A stretch of DNA of 64,000 bases from the IMG/VR virus record IMGVR_UViG_3300027987_000212, positions 1 through 64,000 of that record. The stretch is one strand, 5' to 3'. This stretch comes from a virus. Positions 25,702 through 33,152 of the stretch are shown in pieces (position 1 is the stretch's first letter; every line of letters begins with the position of its first letter). The translations under genes and the position numbers were made by a program. A model generated the notes under the pieces. That model did no database searches, was not told the DNA's origin, and saw nothing but the letters and a program-made list of their open reading frames with translations.

Positions 25702-26972
25702 GAATCGTCCCACATACTGACCCTACGATAGGGGACGCCCAGATAGCGCTTGCCGAGGCCAGGCTATACGTCAGGTCGTACGCTATCTACTTCTTCTCGA
25801 CTGCGCTGCAGTTGGTGCCTGTATGGGTAGAGGGCTTAGGCACCTTAGGCGTCACTAAACAGCTCGTACTCGCCATCGACCCTGTGTGGTTCACGCAGCA
25901 CACCTCCAAGAAAATGCTTGGAGGCCTTCTTGCCCATGAGATACTCCACGTGAAGCAAGACCTTGCGCGCCTAGATGCCCTAGAGGACAAAAACCGCGCA
26001 AACATCGCTGCCGATATCGTAGTCAACGACATGCTCCTGTCCGCGATGGACCGGGACAACTCAGGTATCTTGCACCCTATCTGGGAGTTACCTGAGGGCG
26101 CCTACACCAGCCAGAAGCTGGGGCTACCTCCGAACAAAACCATCGAAGAGTACTACGCTCTGCTGGAAGACACGAGCATCCCAACTCTCGGCGCATGCCA
26201 AGGATGTTGCGGTAGTCTGGCCGGTACCCCTTTTCCAGGTGACTTGGAAGAAGAACTCAACAGCCTTGTAGGTCGCAGTGAAGCTGACGTACGCACAGTC
26301 AAGCAAGAGCTGAACAACGCGCTGAAGGAATACGCAGAAGGTGCTGGGCGCGGGAAGCTGCCAGCAGGGCTGGAGGTCTTCATCGACTACGAAGACACTC
26401 CGAAAGTCGTTCCCTGGCGTGAGTTGCTGAACGCTAGCCTCTATGCGACATTTGGGATACTCATCGCAGGCTCGACTGACTATTCCCGCCGCAGGCCCTC
26501 CAAACGCTCGTACATGCGAGGCATCATCCTGCCCGGGTTAGTCTCGTACATGCCGGTACTGTGCATCATCGAGGATACCTCGGGCTCAATGGGGGAAAGA
26601 CAGCTGCAGGTATCTCGTGCGGAAACCTGCTCAGTACTGGAGCAGTTAGGCCTTACCCACGTTCACCACGTGAACGCAGACGTCGAACCGGACTACTCTG
26701 GCTACCTCACCTTGCAGGAGCTACAGGAGCTACCTGTGGTAGGCCGCGGTGGTACTGACTTCCGGCCGGCCCTCGAAGCAGCCCTCGCACTAGTACCTAA
26801 ACCCCAAGCCATCATCTACATGACAGACGGCGATGGTACTGCTCCTGCGTCGCCGCCTCCAGACGTCGAGGTAATCTGGTGTATCGTCCCCTCACCTCAC
26901 CGCCGCATGCCAGCAAAGTGGGGTACCGTCGTCATCATGAGTGACGACCCAAACGTGCGAAGGGGCTACTAG
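25698..26972 (+). CDS. metallopeptidase-like (HExxH) plus VWA domain protein (DUF2201-type)
   Basis: LAHEILHV and NIAAD in the N-half; DTSGSM MIDAS, GRGGTDF and YMTDGDG in the C-half. Confidence 0.88.
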   Translation: MRIVPHTDPTIGDAQIALAEARLYVRSYAIYFFSTALQLVPVWVEGLGTLGVTKQLVLAIDPVWFTQHTSKKMLGGLLAHEILHVKQDLARLDALEDKNRANIAADIVVNDMLLSAMDRDNSGILHPIWELPEGAYTSQKLGLPPNKTIEEYYALLEDTSIPTLGACQGCCGSLAGTPFPGDLEEELNSLVGRSEADVRTVKQELNNALKEYAEGAGRGKLPAGLEVFIDYEDTPKVVPWRELLNASLYATFGILIAGSTDYSRRRPSKRSYMRGIILPGLVSYMPVLCIIEDTSGSMGERQLQVSRAETCSVLEQLGLTHVHHVNADVEPDYSGYLTLQELQELPVVGRGGTDFRPALEAALALVPKPQAIIYMTDGDGTAPASPPPDVEVIWCIVPSPHRRMPAKWGTVVIMSDDPNVRRGY

Positions 26973-27049
26973 CAACGAAGATACGAACCAGCGTACCACC
27001 CGACGGCATACCGGCACCAAACCAGCCGCCGAAGCGCGCTGCATGATGG

Positions 27050-27072
27050 ACGAGGGGGCAACCCCTCGTTTT
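27050..27072 (+). terminator. intrinsic terminator after the MoxR-VWA operon
   Basis: ACGAGGGG-GCAA-CCCCTCGT followed by TTT. Confidence 0.7.
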
Positions 27073-27081
27073 AGCCCCGCG

Positions 27082-29067
27082 TCACACCGTAGCAGCCGCT
27101 CGACGTGGTGGCAGCTTGTTTGGTAGCGGAGTCATGTTGACCTGGGTCGCCGCCTCACCGGCAGCACCTAGCCCAGCGACTCCCGCAGGCTGGGACTTCT
27201 GCATCTCTCTCGCAAACTGCACTACGAGTTGCGCCAACTCGGGGTTCTGCGACTGTAGGTTCTGGATGACTTGCTCATGATACTCGGGGGGCATCGCGAG
27301 TAGCTGCTGAGCCAAGCTCTGTGCCAAGTCGACGATGGACATGCCCGCCTGCCCCGGCTGACCCTGCCGCGCCGTCTGCCCTCCGCCCCCCAGTTGGTTG
27401 GTCATGTCCTGGCTCAAGCTCAACGCGCTGGTCATATCCGGGGAGATACCGCCCTCGGGGCCCCCAGGCTCCCCAGGCGCATTACCCGCGGTAGCCGCTG
27501 CTTGTAGCGTCTCATTCATCTTGGCTTGTGCCTTGGCCATGATGAGCTGAGCTTCTGCCTGAATCTTGGCTAGAGCCACTTGCTGCCCCTTGGCTGCCTC
27601 GAACCGCTGAGCAGTCTCGGCAAGCATCAATTGGTCTTCATCGGCTTGGTCCAAGTCGATGTCAGCTAGGAGCGTCGTGTCAGATATCTTTTGTGCCTGG
27701 TTGAGCTGGAACAAGTAGGCCTTACGCTGGATGTCATCCGCCATTTTGAATGGCTTGAAGCGAATCTTCACCCGAGGCCAACCCATGTACGAGCACACCA
27801 TCTGCGCTACCCAGTTGGCTTGCTGTCGCTGCCGAAGAATGTAGTTGAGGAACGAGTTCTCCAGCATCCTCATCGAAACGTTGCTACCGGAGTAACTCAA
27901 CCCTCCGTAGATGAATTCACGAGGGACACCTAACCCAGCCAGAATCTGGTCACTGATGGCCTGCATCTCAGGAGTCAACAGCAGTGCGCGCCCATCGCCC
28001 CCGATAGTCTGGTTGCCGATAGGAATGGGCAGGATGGGGATGTAGTTGTTGTCCAGCCGCCAGCGCGCAATCTCTGCAGCCACGTGTTCACGCCAACTTG
28101 TGAGGTCGACGGTAGTGTACGGGTCGCTCGAACCAGAACCCGCCTGAGGAAACACGACGCGTAGCGGTACTATGTGCTCCGCGAGGATAGCCTCATTGGC
28201 CTTCTTCATCAGCTGCAAGTAAAACGTGTCCTTCAGGACCGGCATCACCATAGGGATGCCCCAGCCACGGTCTTGCTGCGCCAATGTCGGGCGCTTCATG
28301 TGGAAGAAGTTGTCCTTACTGAACACCACTCCCTTGTTCTCGCGTATCGCTTGAATGAAGACTTGCGGTATTCCCTCTACCGCTTCTTTCTTCCCGATGA
28401 GCACGTCGTTCCGCACCGTCTGAGGGATGACGTAGAAGTACGTGGACTCGCCGGTGACCTCGTTGTACGAGACCTCCACATGCTCACAGTTCCAACGAAT
28501 CAAACGAATGCCACTCGCATTGCGGTAGAAGTAGTCCTTGGCTTCTGCATCGCCCACCTGGTGGCACCTTGGGCAGGTGAGTCGGAACGTGTTGTTGGTG
28601 AACAGCCAATACTGTCGAATCTTGTCGGCTCGCTCTTGTAGCCCACAAGATGTGCACCGCAGGTACTTCTTGAAGGGGAAGCCGAGACTACTCATGCTGT
28701 TCCCGTAGCAGTGGTAGTCCAGACCGCACTCCACCTGGTAGCTTCGGTAGTTCAGGTGGTCATGAAAGTACTCGTCAACGCGCTCCCGCACACGTCGGTC
28801 GGGATGCTCCACCACCAAGTCAGTGATGGGATACTCTGCGCACTTGAAGATGGCGGCATTGATGAGCGGGTTGGTCAGGCAGTAGTAGCGACACCAGCGA
28901 AAGAGCTGCTTGACCGTAGCGGGCAAGTAGGTGTGCGCGATGTCGAAGTACGGCGAGGGGTAGTTCACCCCATTGGCTAGGCTGCCCTGAATACGCCCGC
29001 GCGAAGGGGCAAAGCGAAGAGCAGACGAGGCTCCCGCGCCGAACGAGAAGTTGCCGGGGATACTCAT
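27082..29067 (-). CDS. portal protein with Zn-ribbon insertion and Gln/Gly-rich tail
   Basis: NPLINAAIFKCAEYP, GWGIPMVMPVL and ILAGLGVPREFI...SYSGSNVSMRML match portal patterns; inserted CTSC...CPRC. Confidence 0.7.
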   Translation of the reverse strand: MSIPGNFSFGAGASSALRFAPSRGRIQGSLANGVNYPSPYFDIAHTYLPATVKQLFRWCRYYCLTNPLINAAIFKCAEYPITDLVVEHPDRRVRERVDEYFHDHLNYRSYQVECGLDYHCYGNSMSSLGFPFKKYLRCTSCGLQERADKIRQYWLFTNNTFRLTCPRCHQVGDAEAKDYFYRNASGIRLIRWNCEHVEVSYNEVTGESTYFYVIPQTVRNDVLIGKKEAVEGIPQVFIQAIRENKGVVFSKDNFFHMKRPTLAQQDRGWGIPMVMPVLKDTFYLQLMKKANEAILAEHIVPLRVVFPQAGSGSSDPYTTVDLTSWREHVAAEIARWRLDNNYIPILPIPIGNQTIGGDGRALLLTPEMQAISDQILAGLGVPREFIYGGLSYSGSNVSMRMLENSFLNYILRQRQQANWVAQMVCSYMGWPRVKIRFKPFKMADDIQRKAYLFQLNQAQKISDTTLLADIDLDQADEDQLMLAETAQRFEAAKGQQVALAKIQAEAQLIMAKAQAKMNETLQAAATAGNAPGEPGGPEGGISPDMTSALSLSQDMTNQLGGGGQTARQGQPGQAGMSIVDLAQSLAQQLLAMPPEYHEQVIQNLQSQNPELAQLVVQFAREMQKSQPAGVAGLGAAGEAATQVNMTPLPNKLPPRRAAATV

Positions 29068-30122
29068 GAGAACGCCTCACTGTCGATGTTGCCGGTAGTC
29101 CGGTCGGAGTATGTCCGCTCAGCCGGTACCGCCGCGGAGCCCTCGGCGACCAACGAAGCACTACTGTGCGCAGGTGACGTCTGGTGTGCCAGCCGTCGGC
29201 GAGCCTTGTCCCCCACCTTCCCCACCAAACCCCCAAGTACGCCAGCTACGGGTGCAGCAACTAGCGTAGCTGCCGTCGGAAGCGGCCCAGCCATCAACGG
29301 CAACGACGTCCCCACAGCCTCCCCAACGCGCTCGAGCCTTCCCTTCGAACCGTTGTCAGACCCTCGCGCAGCACCCAGCGCTTGAACCCCTGTCCCGCCG
29401 TACACCAATGCGCGCATGCCCGGACTAGTCGAGTGCCACTGCTCTCCAAATCCAGCCTTCAAGGCATCAACGGGGGAGCTACGCAGGGCTCGCGCGTACC
29501 CAGGCAAACTCGTGAGCCCCATGTTCTCAGCCTTCACCGCTGCCTCGTGGGCTTTGGCTGCCCTGTGAAGGCCCTTCGTAGCGCCAGACACCCCCTGCCC
29601 GGCACCCCGCGCCTTTCGCAGAGCATCAGCGGCCGAAACCAGCTCTCGTGCGCTCGCGTCTCCACCCCCGCCGATAGCACGTAAGCCCTTTTGTGGCAAC
29701 CAGCCGGTCAAGCCATGTACCTGCCGCTGTCCGAAGCGCGCGCCAGCGCCCAGACCTGGTGCCCGCAGAAGCGTTTCCGCAGCCCCTGGAGCTGCCGCAC
29801 CTGCCGCGGTACCCACCAAACCGCCCACAGCTCCGCCACGCACGGCGCCCCGCACACCGCTGTCCAACGCCTGTAGCGCCGCATCCCCCACACCTGCCCC
29901 CTGCCGTCGCGCCGTCGCGTAACCCTGCACGCCTCCGCCGACCGCCCCCAACCCCGCCCCGGCCAAAGCTCCCGCACCCAAGCCACTACCAGCACCCCAC
30001 ACGCCACGACGTAGGCCCGGAGAGGTTGCCAAGCGTTTGGCTGTCGCCAAAAGAGCGGCACCCCCTGCCTGCTTCACCAACGATTGGCTGAACCCTTCAA
30101 TGAACTCAACCGACAACGTCAT
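29064..30122 (-). CDS. Gly/Ala-rich probable virion protein with glycine zippers
   Basis: N-terminal FIEGFSQSLVKQAG motif; GAGSGLGAGALAGAGLGAVGG and GAVRGGAVGGLVG segments. Confidence 0.7.
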   Translation of the reverse strand: MTLSVEFIEGFSQSLVKQAGGAALLATAKRLATSPGLRRGVWGAGSGLGAGALAGAGLGAVGGGVQGYATARRQGAGVGDAALQALDSGVRGAVRGGAVGGLVGTAAGAAAPGAAETLLRAPGLGAGARFGQRQVHGLTGWLPQKGLRAIGGGGDASARELVSAADALRKARGAGQGVSGATKGLHRAAKAHEAAVKAENMGLTSLPGYARALRSSPVDALKAGFGEQWHSTSPGMRALVYGGTGVQALGAARGSDNGSKGRLERVGEAVGTSLPLMAGPLPTAATLVAAPVAGVLGGLVGKVGDKARRRLAHQTSPAHSSASLVAEGSAAVPAERTYSDRTTGNIDSEAFS

Positions 30123-30985
30123 CGTAGTACCGCCGATTGCCGAAGAAATCGACTACGGCTGTCTTCTAGCTCTCGATGAATGGAGAGTAGTCGCCGCAGT
30201 TGCTCATCCTCTACCGTAGCACGGGTAGGGGAGGTACCGGCTACCGCCTGTGGCCAACGTCGCATCACCTCAGCACAATCCACGACCAAGTCATGTGTAT
30301 CGATGGTGATGAAATCTGCAGGAGGGATAGTGCAAAGAATACCATCGAGCTTCCAAGCTATCGCCAGGAAAGCCTTGACCTCCTCTGACCACTCAACGTC
30401 CTGTCGTACCCTGTTGAAGAGGTCAATGGCTACCAGACTCTGAGCAGCCGTTGGCGCCTGCATGACATCGAAGTCTGGGAGCACTCCCGTCAAGGCCATA
30501 CAGCACCAGGTAAACACCTCCCACTCCGTCCAAGGTGAGGTAGCTAGATGCAGCGTCCGCACTGCCTGAAGCTTGTGCAGGTTCAACTCACTCACCTCGG
30601 ACGTACTAAAGTCCCGAGGCAGTGCGACTGCCAACGTCTCAGGCTCCCAGTAGAACCACTCCGGCCCATACCGCCTGAGAAGCAGTATGTCCAAAATCAG
30701 CGGATGGGTATCTGGACGCTGGAAGAGCCCAGACGTACTTGCCGTCTTCTCCTCGACTTCTTCCGTGGGCTCCTCATCACTTTCGGTAGTCTCGATGAGC
30801 TCAGTGGTTCCCTCGAGTTCATCGACATCCCCCTCATCGTCCTCCAGACCCACGGCGGGCATCCTCGCTACTGCTTCCTTCAACGTCTCAGTAGTAGCAT
30901 CTCGAGACAGCCCGCGCAGGGCCTGAAGGAAGCTCTCTTCAGGAGTCACAGCACGCTCATGCAGATGTTGGGTCTCGTCCAGCAT
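30119..30985 (-). CDS. hypothetical probable virion protein
   Basis: 288 aa; acidic linker ending EEKTAS, then a globular domain. Confidence 0.8.
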   Translation of the reverse strand: MLDETQHLHERAVTPEESFLQALRGLSRDATTETLKEAVARMPAVGLEDDEGDVDELEGTTELIETTESDEEPTEEVEEKTASTSGLFQRPDTHPLILDILLLRRYGPEWFYWEPETLAVALPRDFSTSEVSELNLHKLQAVRTLHLATSPWTEWEVFTWCCMALTGVLPDFDVMQAPTAAQSLVAIDLFNRVRQDVEWSEEVKAFLAIAWKLDGILCTIPPADFITIDTHDLVVDCAEVMRRWPQAVAGTSPTRATVEDEQLRRLLSIHRELEDSRSRFLRQSAVLR

Positions 30986-31844
30986 TGTCGGTAGCTAGTC
31001 TAGCTACCACCTTTTTCTGCGGCGCGGGGAGGGAATTGAAGATGCTTACCGGGTCTTTCTGGAACTCTCGAGCGAAGTCCTCGCCCCACACGGAAGCAAC
31101 CGCGCGGAATCCGCGCTTGGCGTACGCGTGTAACTGCTCCGAAGTCAGAAACTCGTTGCTCAGTAGGACTGACCCTTTTGGGGTGTCCGCCATGGACGTC
31201 TGCGCCGCCGTCTTCTCTCCGTAAACGGAGTAGTAGGGGTCGACTAGTGCCCGGTCGTACAGCTCACTCAACCCGGCAAGTTTGTCGTACTCCTCGATGA
31301 GGCAACACAGACTCTCTGGGTCGAGCGCACCTTCCTGCACCAGCACACTCGCCGTCTTTACCGCACCCAAAGCAGCCAAGTACATCTCGTCCGTGGTAAG
31401 CCGCTCCCGTGCCTCGAGGGCCGCGCTCAACTCTACTGCAGGTGCGACACCCTCCGACCCGTACTTGCGTACATCCGCAGAAACAGGGATACCCAAGGCA
31501 CCCGCACGCTTGACCAAGTTCACGCAGTACTCACGTCGGTGCACCGGAGCAAACGACCCCCGGTATTCCTCGAAGTAAGCTGCCGCCGTCTTGACCTGCT
31601 CATAGCTGTCCAAGGGGTAGCGCGAACAACTGGGCAGCGCATAGTGCTGCGCATCCCGCAGGGAAGCAAGATGCGGCGCCTCTCCCTCGTCCAAGTTCAC
31701 GTAGGGGGTCACCGACGCCTCCTTGCGCACGGTATACGTGGGTGCCGTGGTCACCTTCTCTTTGGGTGGCGGAGCCCCGACAGGTGCTATGGGGGTACCT
31801 GACACCTCCGCACCCTTCAACAAGTACTGCTCGAGCTCGCTCAT
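30957..31844 (-). CDS. probable head protein, DUF6582-like domain, many K-x-A motifs (start ATG 31844, 295 aa)
   Basis: YALP..RYPLDSYEQVKTAAAYF...RREYCVNLVKRAGALGI; AAGGAG RBS. Confidence 0.7.
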   Translation of the reverse strand: MSELEQYLLKGAEVSGTPIAPVGAPPPKEKVTTAPTYTVRKEASVTPYVNLDEGEAPHLASLRDAQHYALPSCSRYPLDSYEQVKTAAAYFEEYRGSFAPVHRREYCVNLVKRAGALGIPVSADVRKYGSEGVAPAVELSAALEARERLTTDEMYLAALGAVKTASVLVQEGALDPESLCCLIEEYDKLAGLSELYDRALVDPYYSVYGEKTAAQTSMADTPKGSVLLSNEFLTSEQLHAYAKRGFRAVASVWGEDFAREFQKDPVSIFNSLPAPQKKVVARLATDNAGRDPTSA

Positions 31845-31845
31845 T

Positions 31846-32334
31846 TCAAACTCCTTGCTGCGCCCGCCGCGCTTTGAGCTCAGCAGGAGTGAGGACAATA
31901 CCACCTGCACCCTTTGCCGCCTGAAGATTCGCCTTCGTCTCGCGCACAGCGCCGGGCCCCATCAATGCCGCGTTCACAAGACCGATAGTACCAAGAGCCA
32001 CCTTAGTGAGAAGTTCCGGCGCCTGAACGTCGTACCAATCGCAGCCCACGAGGAGGTTAGCCGCAGCTAGCTTCTGTACTTCGAGCGGTAGTCGGTGACC
32101 TGTGCGCAAGAAGTAAGCAACGCTCAGCTTCGTCTCATCCTCCGTCGCCATTGCGAACTTCCGCATCTGCGACTTTCCGGTGTCCACCAGCGCAAACAAG
32201 TCATCCGGTAAATAGCTGCGCTCCTCCGACGATAAGAGCGTTGCGTGCTTGACTAGCCCTTCCTCTGGAGTGCCCGTCAACAGCGCCCCTCCATCATCGT
32301 AGTAGTCCAGAATCAATCCACTGAGCTTGTCCAT
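31846..32334 (-). CDS. probable head protein, DUF6582-like domain (start ATG 32334, 162 aa)
   Basis: LSSEERSYLPDDLFAL...RKFAM...TKLSVAYF; GGAGG RBS. Confidence 0.7.
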   Translation of the reverse strand: MDKLSGLILDYYDDGGALLTGTPEEGLVKHATLLSSEERSYLPDDLFALVDTGKSQMRKFAMATEDETKLSVAYFLRTGHRLPLEVQKLAAANLLVGCDWYDVQAPELLTKVALGTIGLVNAALMGPGAVRETKANLQAAKGAGGIVLTPAELKARRAQQGV

Positions 32335-32349
32335 GTGGTCTCCTCCGTA

Positions 32350-32362
32350 AGCGTACCTCACC
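32350..32362 (-). promoter_or_regulatory. candidate late promoter element GGTGAGGTACGCT
   Basis: Immediately upstream of the RBS of the first head-operon gene; matches 22919-22931. Confidence 0.4.
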
Positions 32363-32403
32363 CGCCCCCAGACAGGAAGTGTCCGGTATTCGCAGAACAG
32401 AAC

Positions 32404-32413
32404 GGAGATAAGA
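32404..32413 (+). promoter_or_regulatory. candidate phage promoter element (GGAGATAAGA)
   Basis: In the divergent region before the AGGAGG RBS of the first replication-block gene. Confidence 0.45.
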
Positions 32414-32449
32414 ATGTGGGTAGAAACGACTGCTAGGAGGTAGCACAGT

Positions 32450-33118
32450 ATGACCACACCCGAGTCCTGGTCTTGTTACGGCAAAGACTGGGATGGTTCG
32501 AGCTCAGAGTGCGCGGGAGGGCTAGACCCCGTGTACAAACATCCCAATGGAACACAGCGACGTACTCGTTGTGCAGCTTTCGATAATTGCCGAGCCGCAA
32601 CGGAGCGCCAGAGAGTGCAACAACCACAAGTCCGAGCCCCCTACTTTCACCAACCCACGAACGTAGTTCCTTCCACAAACCTAGTGCGGCCCCAACACTC
32701 CGCCCCTCCAGTACCTCCGCCGCACCCGTTCCAACCAACGTTTACCCACTACCAAACACAATTCCAGCCTCCGCCAGTGATGCCCCCCATGATGCCCCCA
32801 ACCATGATGGCCCAACCGGGCAACCATGCAACCTGGGTACCGCCCCACGTAGCGCAATTTGGCCCTACGTATGTTCCGGCACAACAGCAGCAGTTTGGTG
32901 CGCAGATGCCGCACTACCTAACCGTGCCCGAACCAGTAGACGGAAGACCGTGGTATATACGACTGATTGCAGAGATAACACGTTCGATGCTCAAAGCAGC
33001 AGGCCACTCAACAGCGTCATTCTTTGACCACAATCCAATGAGGCACCATACCACTCCGCCACAGACAGCTGCGCAACAGCCCATTAGTCTGGCACAGACG
33101 GTAAACCCACAGAAGTAG
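32450..33118 (+). CDS. Cys-rich N-terminus plus Gln/Pro-rich low-complexity protein
   Basis: SCYGKDWD...EC...C..FDNC followed by a long Q/P/H/M-rich tract. Confidence 0.8.
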   Translation: MTTPESWSCYGKDWDGSSSECAGGLDPVYKHPNGTQRRTRCAAFDNCRAATERQRVQQPQVRAPYFHQPTNVVPSTNLVRPQHSAPPVPPPHPFQPTFTHYQTQFQPPPVMPPMMPPTMMAQPGNHATWVPPHVAQFGPTYVPAQQQQFGAQMPHYLTVPEPVDGRPWYIRLIAEITRSMLKAAGHSTASFFDHNPMRHHTTPPQTAAQQPISLAQTVNPQK

Positions 33119-33121
33119 GAA

Positions 33122-33146
33122 GGGCCCTTCGGGGCCCCCACTTTTT
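33122..33146 (+). terminator. intrinsic terminator
   Basis: GGGCCC-TTCG-GGGCCC followed by CCACTTTTT. Confidence 0.7.
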
Positions 33147-33152
33147 CATGCT

